Assembly (NCBI GenBank): GCA_963744995.1
Contig: CAVUWA010000011.1
Location: forward strand, 384,001 to 448,000
Direction of reading: 5' to 3'
DNA: 64,000 nt
Source: Candidatus Eiseniibacteriota bacterium
GTDB taxonomy: Bacteria; Eisenbacteria; RBG-16-71-46
Below the pieces are notes generated by a model. That model was given only the letters and a program-made list of their open reading frames with translations, was not told the DNA's origin and searched no databases. Below, piece after piece: positions 51,052 through 59,893 of this stretch; position 1 is the first letter of the stretch, and every line of letters starts with the position of its first letter. Made by a program: the position numbers and the translations under genes.

Positions 51052-53172
51052 TCACTCGATTCGCACCAGCCGCCCCGATCGCGTTCCGGCCGCGCCTGCG
51101 TAGCGCATGAGGTAGAGACCGGGCGGGGCGGGGCGTCCGGCCGCGTCGGTGCCGGGCCACTCGATCGGCCCCGCGCCGGCCGCGCGCGCGCCGCGCCACA
51201 CCACCCGCCCGCCGGGATCGAAGATCGCGAGCCGGCCCGCGCCCGGCAGCTCGATGCGGACCGGGCCGCGTGCGGGATTCGGACTCGCGGCGAGCCGCGG
51301 CGGAGCGGGGCTGCGGGGCGGCCGCGCGCCCGCGCCGCGCCGCACCTCCCCCAGCACCGTGAAGCCGAAGCGCATCTGGTCGGGCGGCAGCGGCACCCAC
51401 AGGTCGTCTGCGGGCGTTCCCGCCGGCGCCTCGTCCGCGTCGATCCGGAACGCGTCGCCGCGGAACACGATCGTGCGGCCTTCGATGGCGGCGTCGCACG
51501 CGGGCGCATACCAGGGCTGCGCGAAGTCGGGCCCCAGCGTGGTCGTGGCGGTGACGCGCGGCCACACCCGCGCGCCCGCCGCGAACGAATCCGGCAGCGC
51601 GCGCCGTGCGGTGAATGCGACGCGCGTCGCGCGGGCCCCGCTCCAGCGCGCGGCGAACGCGCCGGGGCCGTCTTCCGCGATCGCGAGCGTGCCGGCCGCC
51701 GCGTCGCGCCACTCGGTCGCCGCGACCTCGTCGTGCCAGACGCCGACGCCGGGCGCGACCGCGACGAGCGCGGCGCCGGCGTTCAGCCGCCCGGCGCCGG
51801 TCTCGGCGTCGATCCCCGGGGCGCCCGCCTCGTCGGCGCTCGCGGCGAGCAGCGGCTGGAAGTCGGCGGCGGCGAGATCGGGGCGGGACTCGGCCAGCAG
51901 CCCGATCGTCCCGGTCGCGAACGGCGCGGCGAACGAGGTGCCCGAACCCGCGACGTAGCCCGGGTAGGTCACGCCGGTCGGGGCCGGGTGCGTCATCCAC
52001 GCCGACCAGATGTGGAGTCCGGGTGCGACGAAGTCCAGATGCGGACCGTAGGACGAAAACGCCGCGCGGCCGTCCCACATGTCGCTGGCGCCGACCGCGA
52101 TGCACAGGCCCTCGGCGGCGTAGGCGGCCGGGTACATGAGCCGCCAGGGCTCGGTGTAGCCGCGGTTGCCGCTCGCCGCGACGACCACGGTGCCGTGCGC
52201 GAGCGCGTATGCGAGCGCGAGGCGCTCGAGCCGGCTGCGGCCGCCGCCCGCGAACGACAGGTTCAGCGCCCGCGCGCCGGCGTCGGTTGCGGCGAGGATC
52301 GCGAGCGCGATGTCGAACGACGACGCGGTCGACGCCGCGCCGCTCGTGATGCGCAGCGGCACGAGGTCGCAGTCGCCGCAGACGCCGGCCATGCCGAGCG
52401 AGTCGAAGTGCACGCCCTCGCCGATCGCCGCCGCCATCACCGCGGCGACCATCGTGCCGTGGCCGAGCGAGTCGTCGATGGATCCGGCGGGGTCGGCGAT
52501 CGGGCGTGCCGCCACGATGCGCGGGCGCCCGGTCGCGGGATCGGCGAACTCGGGGTGCGCGGGGTCGATGCCGGTGTCGGCGACCGCGAGTCGCACGCGC
52601 GGCCTCGCGTCGCCGTGCGCTGCTGCGGCGCGCCAGGCCTCGGGTGCGTGCACGTCGGCGCGCAGCGCGCCGCCGTAGGCGCCGTCGGGGCCGACGTTGT
52701 AGAGGCCCCACTGGCGCGAGTCGCACAGCAGCGGCTCCGGCGGCAACGAATCGTCAACGATCCATGCGGGTTCACGCGCGTAATCGGGCTCGGCCCACGC
52801 CACGGCCGGGTCTGCCGCGATGCGGCGCGCGAGCGCGGCGAGCCCGCGCGGCGCGCCGGCGAAGCGCGAGCCGCGGGGCTCGGGCGCGGGGTCGAAATCC
52901 TGCGCGAGGCGCGCCCCGTCGATCTCGGCGCGCAGCACGCGCAGCGTCCACGGTACGTCCGGGTGGTCGAGCGTATCGCGCACGATGAGTCCGGCATCGT
53001 GCGCCCGGGCACAGAAGGCGCGCCGCCACGGGCGCGCCGGCGCCGCGTGCGGTGCGGGGCGCAGCATGATCACCAGTGCGGGGGCGGGTTCCGCTGCTGC
53101 GGCGCCGGCCGTGGGCCCGGCGGCCGCGGCGAGCACCTGGGCGAGGACCAGGAGGGTGAACGGGCGTCGCAT
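51052..53172 (-). CDS. Secreted S8 (subtilisin-like) serine protease with C-terminal FlgD-Ig/CTD-like domain
   Basis: Catalytic triad motifs VADTGID, GHGT, SGTSFAAP; oxyanion AASGN; tail SPNP...FDPGGRVV...W.G.D..GR...GLY. Confidence 0.9.
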   Translation of the reverse strand: MRRPFTLLVLAQVLAAAAGPTAGAAAAEPAPALVIMLRPAPHAAPARPWRRAFCARAHDAGLIVRDTLDHPDVPWTLRVLRAEIDGARLAQDFDPAPEPRGSRFAGAPRGLAALARRIAADPAVAWAEPDYAREPAWIVDDSLPPEPLLCDSRQWGLYNVGPDGAYGGALRADVHAPEAWRAAAAHGDARPRVRLAVADTGIDPAHPEFADPATGRPRIVAARPIADPAGSIDDSLGHGTMVAAVMAAAIGEGVHFDSLGMAGVCGDCDLVPLRITSGAASTASSFDIALAILAATDAGARALNLSFAGGGRSRLERLALAYALAHGTVVVAASGNRGYTEPWRLMYPAAYAAEGLCIAVGASDMWDGRAAFSSYGPHLDFVAPGLHIWSAWMTHPAPTGVTYPGYVAGSGTSFAAPFATGTIGLLAESRPDLAAADFQPLLAASADEAGAPGIDAETGAGRLNAGAALVAVAPGVGVWHDEVAATEWRDAAAGTLAIAEDGPGAFAARWSGARATRVAFTARRALPDSFAAGARVWPRVTATTTLGPDFAQPWYAPACDAAIEGRTIVFRGDAFRIDADEAPAGTPADDLWVPLPPDQMRFGFTVLGEVRRGAGARPPRSPAPPRLAASPNPARGPVRIELPGAGRLAIFDPGGRVVWRGARAAGAGPIEWPGTDAAGRPAPPGLYLMRYAGAAGTRSGRLVRIE

Positions 53173-53219
53173 GCGACACCCCCGTGCGGGAGCGGGTCGC
53201 GGGAGCCGTGCCGCACGTT

Positions 53220-53233
53220 GCAACCGGCGTGCC
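53220..53233 (-). promoter_or_regulatory. Putative sigma-54 promoter of the S8 protease gene
   Basis: GGCACG-CCGG-TTGC(A) on the minus strand, about 48 nt upstream of the start. Confidence 0.6.
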
Positions 53234-53266
53234 GTGGCACTGCGCGGCGCCGGGCGCCGGTGCGGC

Positions 53267-54136
53267 TCAGCGCCACTCGGCCGACGGGAACCCCGGCCGC
53301 GCGCTCGACGAAATGCGCAGTTCGTCGAGCATGCCCTGGAACGCGAAATACGGTTCCGGGTCGAGCGGCTGCTCGACGCGCAGGTCGCCGCTGAACGTGC
53401 CGAGCCAGTGCGGGTCGAAGAAGTTGCCCATCATGAGCGGCGCATCGCTGGCCCGCACGGAGCCGCTGGTCGCCGACTGCGAGTCCAGCTGTCCGTCGAC
53501 GTACAGGCGCACGACGCTGCCGTTGTAGGTCACGCCGACGTGGGTCCAGCGGCCACGCTGGATCGCGCGGGTCGAGACGAACGAGCGCGGCGGCGACGCG
53601 TCCTCGGGTTGGAACGCGAACACCAGTTGCCCGGGCTGACCGCGGCCCGCGATCTCGTCGAGCGAGCCGGATACCGAGGCGATCGTGGAGCTGCGCTGGT
53701 GGTAGCCGGCGATGCCGAGGAACCACGACTGCTGGTTCGCCAGCGGCGTCCAGCGCGCCACGAGCGGTGTGGCGTCGAACAGCGTGTACTCGGTCACGTA
53801 CACCCAGGTGTCGATGCTGAAGCTGCCGGTGAAGTCGAAGACCGGATTCGACGGGACGATCACGAACGAGTCGAGCGACTTGGTGAACACGCGCGCGTTG
53901 CCGAACTGGCCGAAGTCGGTGCGCGTGTCGACGCCGGCGGTGCCCGTGAGCCGGAACGGCCCCGCATCGGCGACCTCGGTGCCGCCGGTTTCGTCGAAGC
54001 GGTAGAGCGCGGTCGTCACCGAATCCACCGGCGCGCGTTGCAGGCGCGCGGTGACGTCGCCGTTGCGGCCGGGCGGCGGCGCGCAACCCGCCGCGAAGAC
54101 CACCCCGAGAACGGCCACGCTCATCCATCGGTTCAC
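53267..54136 (-). CDS. LamG/concanavalin-like lipoprotein
   Basis: Lipobox FAAGC; YRFDE..G, W.HV.VTY.G....LYVDG, F.G.LDELRI; GTGA overlap with the upstream gene. Confidence 0.85.
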   Translation of the reverse strand: MNRWMSVAVLGVVFAAGCAPPPGRNGDVTARLQRAPVDSVTTALYRFDETGGTEVADAGPFRLTGTAGVDTRTDFGQFGNARVFTKSLDSFVIVPSNPVFDFTGSFSIDTWVYVTEYTLFDATPLVARWTPLANQQSWFLGIAGYHQRSSTIASVSGSLDEIAGRGQPGQLVFAFQPEDASPPRSFVSTRAIQRGRWTHVGVTYNGSVVRLYVDGQLDSQSATSGSVRASDAPLMMGNFFDPHWLGTFSGDLRVEQPLDPEPYFAFQGMLDELRISSSARPGFPSAEWR

Positions 54137-56295
54137 CGTGCACCTCCCGTCTGTGCGCGCCGCCGCGCCGCCGCCTCGGCCGACGCGTCGTCGCCGAGCG
54201 CCCGGAACAGCCGTGTCATGCGCTCGAGCGTAGCCGGATCCGCCGTGTTTGCAATCACCGGCCGCCACCAGTCGGCGGCTTCGCGCGCGCGGCCGGCCTG
54301 CAGGTTCACCCAGCCCAGACCGATGCGCGCGGCGACGCTCCCGGGCTCGAGCCGGAGCGCCGCGTTGAAGGCGCGCACCGCGGTCTCCAGATCGCCGGTG
54401 CGCATCGCGGTGTCGCCGAGCAGCAGCCACCCGCTGAAGTTCCCCGGATCGAGCGCGACCAGCCGCCTGAGCAGCGGGCCGGCGCGGTCGAGATGGCCCC
54501 AGGCGTGCTCGATCTGCGCGAGCGCGTAGAGCGCCCGGGTGTTCGCCCCGTCCACCATCAGCCGGGCGCGCGCGGTGTGGTAGGAGAGCAGGGTGTCGTT
54601 GATCCAGGCCGGACGGCGGCCGAAGTCCGGCCCGATCTCGTAGACGACGGCCGGATGATCGGCCGTCACCACGCGCGGGGTGAGCCCCGGCACGACCGCG
54701 GTCGTATCGAGCAGGAACGCGAGCCGCGGCCGCATCTGCACTTCGGGCCACGACACGTAGAGCCAGCGCGCGTGCTGCGCGCGCGCGTAGTCGGCGAGCT
54801 GCGCGAGGCTGTCGGCGAACGGGAACGGCACGGCTTCGAGGCCCGCGTACCAGGCGATGTGGCCCTTGCGCGCGATGATCCGGTCGCCGGGCGCAGCGAG
54901 CGTCCGCAGCGTCCGCGCACAGGTCTTCACCTCGCGCGGCAGCATGCGCAGCGTCTCCTTCTGCGCCGCGACGCTCGCCTGCAGCGCGAACGCCAGCGGC
55001 ACGATCGCGAGGAAGGGCTTGAGCCACACGCGCGGCCCCCTGCCCAGCGCGAGCGCGAACGCGTGCCAGCCGAACAGCGTGCCCGCCAGCGCGGCGTAGA
55101 CCGGCAGCAGGCCGAGCGAGTAGCGCGAAGCGTGGAACACGGGCACCAGCGTCAGGAACAGCAGCGTGCCGGCGAGCAGCACCGGCGCGAGCCGCCTGAA
55201 GGCGCCGGTGAACAGCGCGAGCAGCAGGCCGAGGCCGGCGGCGATCGCCACCGGCCAGCCCAGCAGGTCGCGCGCATCGAGCCGCAGGTGATCCCAGAGA
55301 TTGAACAGCATGCGCGAGGCGACCGCGCCCGGATCGCGCGCGATCACGTCCCACAGCGAATGGAACCCGGGCTGCATGAGCCTCTGGTAGTCGTCCCAGA
55401 CGATGCCCTGGGGCCGCGCGAAGACCTCGTAGGCGATGTTGTGGTGGAGCTGCGAGGCGAGGGGGTGTCCGCTCGCGATCGAGTAGAGCAGCCAGGGCCC
55501 CACCGGAATCGCGAAGCCGGCGAGGAACGCCAGCGCGCGCGGCAGGCGCCGCCGCCACGCCGCGACCGGGACGGCTGTCCCGGTCGCCGCGGGCGCGGCG
55601 TCCGCGCCGGCGAGCAGCACGATCACCCCCGCCGGCACCAGGTAGATGGCGTTGTAGCGCGTGAGGAACGCGAGCGCGGCGATGAGCCCCGCGCCCCACG
55701 TCGCGGCGCGGGCGCCGCGCGTGAGCAGAAGCCACAGCACGAGCGCCTGCAGCGCCGTCGCGAACGCGTCGGTGGTGGCGGAGTAGCCGTAGCGGAAGAA
55801 GTCGGCGTTCACCGCCATGAACAGCGCCGCGAACAGCGCCACGCGCGCGCCGATGCGGCGCTCGAGGATCGCGAACCAGAGGAGCAGCGCCGCCGCCGCC
55901 GAGATCACCGAGATCGTCTCCGCGGCGAGGAACAGGTCGCGGATCGGGAAACCCGCGAGCGCGAGCACGATTTCGTAGAACGGCCCGATCACGCCGTAGC
56001 GCGAGGGGTCGAGCGTGCCGTGCTGGATGAGGCGCGCGCCCTGGGCGTAGGCGCCGTAGAAGTCGGTCTCGGTGAAGTAGTCGCCGATCGAATGCGGCCC
56101 CGCGACCATGATGACGAGGGCCACGACCAGCGCGCCGGCCAGCGCCCATGCGAGCCGCGTGAGCAGCGCGGTCTCGCGGGCCGAGGGGAAGGGCGCGCCG
56201 TGAAGGGCGAGCGCGGGCGCCGCGCCGCCCGGCTTGCGCGACGCGCGGGGAGCGGCCCCGGGCCGCGTGCTGCGCCGCGAGCCGCGGCGTTTCAT
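54133..56295 (-). CDS. GT-C (ArnT/PMT-like) membrane glycosyltransferase with C-terminal TPRs
   Basis: ETDF..Y acidic loop after TM1, TDA, AFLTRYN, SRYSL; TPR repeats (ALRLEP). Confidence 0.8.
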   Translation of the reverse strand: MKRRGSRRSTRPGAAPRASRKPGGAAPALALHGAPFPSARETALLTRLAWALAGALVVALVIMVAGPHSIGDYFTETDFYGAYAQGARLIQHGTLDPSRYGVIGPFYEIVLALAGFPIRDLFLAAETISVISAAAALLLWFAILERRIGARVALFAALFMAVNADFFRYGYSATTDAFATALQALVLWLLLTRGARAATWGAGLIAALAFLTRYNAIYLVPAGVIVLLAGADAAPAATGTAVPVAAWRRRLPRALAFLAGFAIPVGPWLLYSIASGHPLASQLHHNIAYEVFARPQGIVWDDYQRLMQPGFHSLWDVIARDPGAVASRMLFNLWDHLRLDARDLLGWPVAIAAGLGLLLALFTGAFRRLAPVLLAGTLLFLTLVPVFHASRYSLGLLPVYAALAGTLFGWHAFALALGRGPRVWLKPFLAIVPLAFALQASVAAQKETLRMLPREVKTCARTLRTLAAPGDRIIARKGHIAWYAGLEAVPFPFADSLAQLADYARAQHARWLYVSWPEVQMRPRLAFLLDTTAVVPGLTPRVVTADHPAVVYEIGPDFGRRPAWINDTLLSYHTARARLMVDGANTRALYALAQIEHAWGHLDRAGPLLRRLVALDPGNFSGWLLLGDTAMRTGDLETAVRAFNAALRLEPGSVAARIGLGWVNLQAGRAREAADWWRPVIANTADPATLERMTRLFRALGDDASAEAAARRRAQTGGAR

Positions 56296-56591
56296 GAAGG
56301 CCGGATTCCGAGCATGAGGCGACCACTGTAGCGGCAACGGCGCGGAAGCGGGAGGCGGGCGGGGTGTTTCGCCCGCCGGCGCCGGCGCGTTCCACGCCGC
56401 GGACGCCGCGGCCCGGCCCGGGCACCCGCGGCGCCGCGCCGCGCGGGCCGCGGGTGGACGCCGGGGCGCGGACACGGGTATCGTTATCGCCCTCATTCAC
56501 GCTGTCGATCCGCGACCGGCGTCTCTTTCCACGAACCCGCACCGTCGCGACACCGACGGACCCGGCCTCCACCGGAGCGTCTCCCCATCCC

Positions 56592-58694
56592 ATGAGCCCC
56601 GAGCCCCACGTTTCCAGCGCGCGCGCACACGGGTGGCGGGTCATCCTGGCGGTCGCGCTCGTCGTGCTCGGCGGGCTGTTCGCAGGCTTCGGCGGCGCCG
56701 CGCGCCCCTCCGCGCCGGCGGCGGCGCTGCGCCTGCTGGCGTGGATCCACGTCATGGTCTTCCCGGGGCTCGGCCTCTACCTGCTGGCCGCGCGCTCGGG
56801 CCGCAACGCCATGGACGCGTGTCTCGCCGCGCTCGGCATCTCGCCGGTGCTCGTCGCCGGGCTCGCCACGCTGCTGCTGTGGCTGGGCATGGACGGCGCC
56901 GCCGTGACCGGCGCGCTGGCCGCCGCCGCGGCGCTCCTGATCGTGGCCGGGCTCCTCGTCCGCGGCGGCGCCATGGGGTTCCCGGGCCGGCGCGAGGTGT
57001 GGGCGTTCGTCCTGCTCCTCGCCGCCACGGCGGTCCTCGTCGCGTGGCTGCCGGCGACGCGCGAGTGGTGGCGGATCCGTTCGGACGCCTGGTTCCACGC
57101 CGCGGTCACGATGCAGATCCGTGATTTCGGCGCGCCGCCCGAAGACCCGTACTTCGCCGGGATGAGCCTCCAGTACATGTGGGCCTATCACGCGATGACG
57201 CTCGCGCTCGGCCGCCTGCTGCGCGCCGACTACTTCCAGATCATGGCGGTGGTGAACCTGCAGGCGCTCGCGCTGCTCGGCGTGGCGGCGTGGCGCCTCG
57301 CCGCGGTGTTCCGCACCCGGGCCGCGCCGCGACTCGCGGCGGTGGCCGTGACGTTCTTCGCGTTCAACGCCGCGTTCTGGGTGTTCCTGCCGATGAAGCT
57401 CGCCCGGGCGCTGATCGGCGACGTGCGCGGCATGGACGAGGTGGCGCGCACGTTCCGGCTGTTCCCGCTCGATTACCGCACGTCGTGGACGTTCCTCGAG
57501 ACGTTCCGCAATCCACCGTTCTTCCTCGACAAGTTCATGGTCGCGACCGCATTCGGCCTGGCGCTGGCGCTGTTCCTGGGAGCGCTGGCGGCGGGCGCCG
57601 CGTACGTGTCCACCTCGCGCCGCGTGCACCTGGCGACCCTCGCGGCCTGCGTCGCCGGAACGCTGCTGTTCCACACCTACGTGGGTCTGGTCGCGGTGGC
57701 CGCGTTCGGCGGCGCCGCCGTCCTGCTGTTCCTGTTCCGCACGCGCATGAACGGCTACGTGTTCCGCTTCTCCGTGCTGCCGGTGGTCGCGATCGCCGCG
57801 GCCGTGGTGGTCGCGGCGCCGTTCGTCTACGACGTCACGCGGAGCAGGGACGTCGGCGGGTCCGGCCTCGTCGACCTGTCGTTCCAGCGTCTCGTCGCGA
57901 TTCTCGTTCCCTGCGTGTTCGTCATGGTGCTCGCGTGGTGGGAAGGCCGGGTGCGGACCGAGCCGTCGCCTGCGGCGCGCTTCGTGTCGTTCTTCGCGCT
58001 CGCCACGCTCGCGGTGTGCCTCGTGATTCATCTGCCGGGACCGAACAACTACGCCAAGCCCGCGTTCCCGGTGTTTCTGGCGCTCGCGCCGATCGCCGGC
58101 CTCGCCGTCGCGGACACGTGCACGGCCCGCCATGGCCGCGCGCGCGCGCGCGCGACGGCCTCGTGGATCCTGCTGTTCGCGCTGCCGGTCAACCTCATCG
58201 CGTTCGCGGGCGCCTTCGGCCAGCACGACGGCGTCGAGGTCACGCCCGCCGAACGGACCGTCGCGAAGTGGGCGATCGCGCACACCCCGCGGCGCGCGGT
58301 GTTCATCGACGAGCCGGAGCACGTGTTCCTGCTGGTCACCGGGCCGCGGCGCTACCTGTTCGGCTCGTGGAACTACGCGAGCCAGTGGAAATACCCGCGC
58401 GCCGAAATGGCGCGGCGCTTCCACGCGATGCAGTCGCTCTACGCCGCAGGACCGCTCGACCGCGTGGCGCTCGAGGTGCTCGCGGACATCGACGACCCGC
58501 TCTACGTCATCGTGCGGCCCGAGCATCGCGGCGAGGGCGCCGCCGTCACGCGGCGCGACGATCTGTTCCCCGTCGTCTTCGACGCGGGCGGCATCCAGGT
58601 GCGGGAAGTGAATCGGGCCGCGTGCCGGGCCGCCGTGGCCGCGGCTCCCGCGGCGCCCGCGGCGCAGGCCATGATCGAGGCGGCGAACCTCTAG
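56592..58694 (+). CDS. Polytopic membrane protein, GT-C-like (DUF2298/YYY-like)
   Basis: SDAWFH, PPEDPYFAG..L.Y.W.YH, and a C-terminal W....TP...VF soluble domain. Confidence 0.65.
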   Translation: MSPEPHVSSARAHGWRVILAVALVVLGGLFAGFGGAARPSAPAAALRLLAWIHVMVFPGLGLYLLAARSGRNAMDACLAALGISPVLVAGLATLLLWLGMDGAAVTGALAAAAALLIVAGLLVRGGAMGFPGRREVWAFVLLLAATAVLVAWLPATREWWRIRSDAWFHAAVTMQIRDFGAPPEDPYFAGMSLQYMWAYHAMTLALGRLLRADYFQIMAVVNLQALALLGVAAWRLAAVFRTRAAPRLAAVAVTFFAFNAAFWVFLPMKLARALIGDVRGMDEVARTFRLFPLDYRTSWTFLETFRNPPFFLDKFMVATAFGLALALFLGALAAGAAYVSTSRRVHLATLAACVAGTLLFHTYVGLVAVAAFGGAAVLLFLFRTRMNGYVFRFSVLPVVAIAAAVVVAAPFVYDVTRSRDVGGSGLVDLSFQRLVAILVPCVFVMVLAWWEGRVRTEPSPAARFVSFFALATLAVCLVIHLPGPNNYAKPAFPVFLALAPIAGLAVADTCTARHGRARARATASWILLFALPVNLIAFAGAFGQHDGVEVTPAERTVAKWAIAHTPRRAVFIDEPEHVFLLVTGPRRYLFGSWNYASQWKYPRAEMARRFHAMQSLYAAGPLDRVALEVLADIDDPLYVIVRPEHRGEGAAVTRRDDLFPVVFDAGGIQVREVNRAACRAAVAAAPAAPAAQAMIEAANL

Positions 58695-58735
58695 GTTCGG
58701 CGGTGGGGGCGCGCCGCGCCGTTCGCGGCGCGACG

Positions 58736-58776
58736 AAAAGGAGACGACGGTGAGAGGGGGGCCTCACCGTCGCCTC
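58736..58776 (-). terminator. Intrinsic terminator of the PEP-CTERM gene
   Basis: Minus strand: GAGGCGACGGTGAG-loop-CTCACCGTCGTCTC-CTTTT. Confidence 0.7.
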
Positions 58777-58800
58777 ACCAGGAGGGGTCAGCCGGATCGA

Positions 58801-59076
58801 CTACTGCTGGTCGTTCTCCCGATTCCGGCGGCGTCGGGCCGCGGCGCCGAGCGCGAGCGCGCTCATCGCGGCGAGCGCCAGCGTGCCGGGCTCGGGGACC
58901 GGCGCGGTCGGATTGTCTTCACCGTACGACTCCGGCGTGTGCTCGTCGTTGTGCCCGACGGGCTGCGCGGGTTCGGTGACGTTGCCGTCGTCCGACGGCA
59001 GGTGCCCCACCTGGACCGCGAGCGCCGGCGCCGCGAACAGGCAGGTCATGAGCAGTGCGAGTGCGAAACGCTTCAT
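58801..59076 (-). CDS. Minimal PEP-CTERM sorting-signal protein (91 aa)
   Basis: Signal peptide, a short acidic segment, then VPEPGTLALAAMSALALGAAARRRR; RBS AAAGGA. Confidence 0.9.
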   Translation of the reverse strand: MKRFALALLMTCLFAAPALAVQVGHLPSDDGNVTEPAQPVGHNDEHTPESYGEDNPTAPVPEPGTLALAAMSALALGAAARRRRNRENDQQ

Positions 59077-59162
59077 CTCGATCGTCCTTTGGTTGCGGGC
59101 GAGGATCCGTCCTCTCGCGAGGTGTTTGCTGAGCAAGGGGAGTCGTTCTGTCTGGCTATACC

Positions 59163-59176
59163 GCAAGGGCCGTGCC
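59163..59176 (-). promoter_or_regulatory. Putative sigma-54 promoter of the PEP-CTERM gene
   Basis: GGCACG-GCCC-TTGC. PEP-CTERM genes are known to carry sigma-54 promoters. Confidence 0.7.
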
Positions 59177-59274
59177 CGGCCGCCGCGCGTGACGGCAATG
59201 TGTTATGGGCCAACCCCGTAGGGCGCCGGGGTGCGGCGGGCGCGGGGTGGCCGATCCCCCCGAATCCGTGAGAT

Positions 59275-59291
59275 TGTCGCGTGGACCGACA
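59275..59291. promoter_or_regulatory. Candidate enhancer TGTCG-N7-CGACA (TGT-N11-ACA)
   Basis: Dyad about 100 bp upstream of the -24 element. Confidence 0.5.
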
Positions 59292-59450
59292 CATCCGGCC
59301 GGGGAATATGCCCCAAACCCCGTGCCGCGCATGGGGTTCCGCGGGGGGGCCAGAGCGATTTCCGGGGTGTCGGGGTACGATTCTCGAGGGGCGTGCGCTG
59401 CGGTGCCCCGCCGGGGAAACGGCGCGCGGCGATCCGCAGCAGGAGGTGCC

Positions 59451-59687
59451 TTGAAGGCCGGCGCACGGAACATCGGACTCTGCGAACGCTGCCGCCATGC
59501 GCACGTGGTGGAGACGCCGCGCAGCGTGTTCTGGCGGTGCGGGCTGGCCGCGATCGACGCGCGCTTCGACAAGTATCCGCGCCTCCCGGTGCTCGCCTGT
59601 GACGGGTTCGAGGCGGGCAAGCCGCAGCGCGCGGGCGACGAGGAGGCGGGCGGCGGCCCCGGCGAGAGCCCCGCGACACCCCGCTAG
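59451..59687 (+). CDS. Small four-Cys protein (GLCxxC...C...KYPRLPV..C), possible metal binding
   Basis: Strong RBS AGGAGGT before TTG; compact conserved-looking Cys pattern. Confidence 0.75.
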   Translation: MKAGARNIGLCERCRHAHVVETPRSVFWRCGLAAIDARFDKYPRLPVLACDGFEAGKPQRAGDEEAGGGPGESPATPR

Positions 59688-59836
59688 CCTCGCGGCCTGC
59701 ATCGGCACCGGTCAGTAACCGACCGGTCGCCGCGCCCTGCGGACCCGCCACGGCGCAGGTTCCGGCGGCGGCCCGCAGCCGCTCCCCCAGCGGCGCCAAT
59801 CGGTTACGGCCGGCGGCGCACCGCGGCGGCCACGGC

Positions 59837-59850
59837 GGCACGGCCGTTGC
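59837..59850 (+). promoter_or_regulatory. Putative sigma-54 promoter of the GAF-GGDEF gene
   Basis: GGCACG-GCCG-TTGC(T), about 44 nt upstream of the ATG. Confidence 0.65.
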
Positions 59851-59893
59851 TGTTTCCCGGGTGGACGATCGTGTCCACTCTCGGGGAGCGGTC

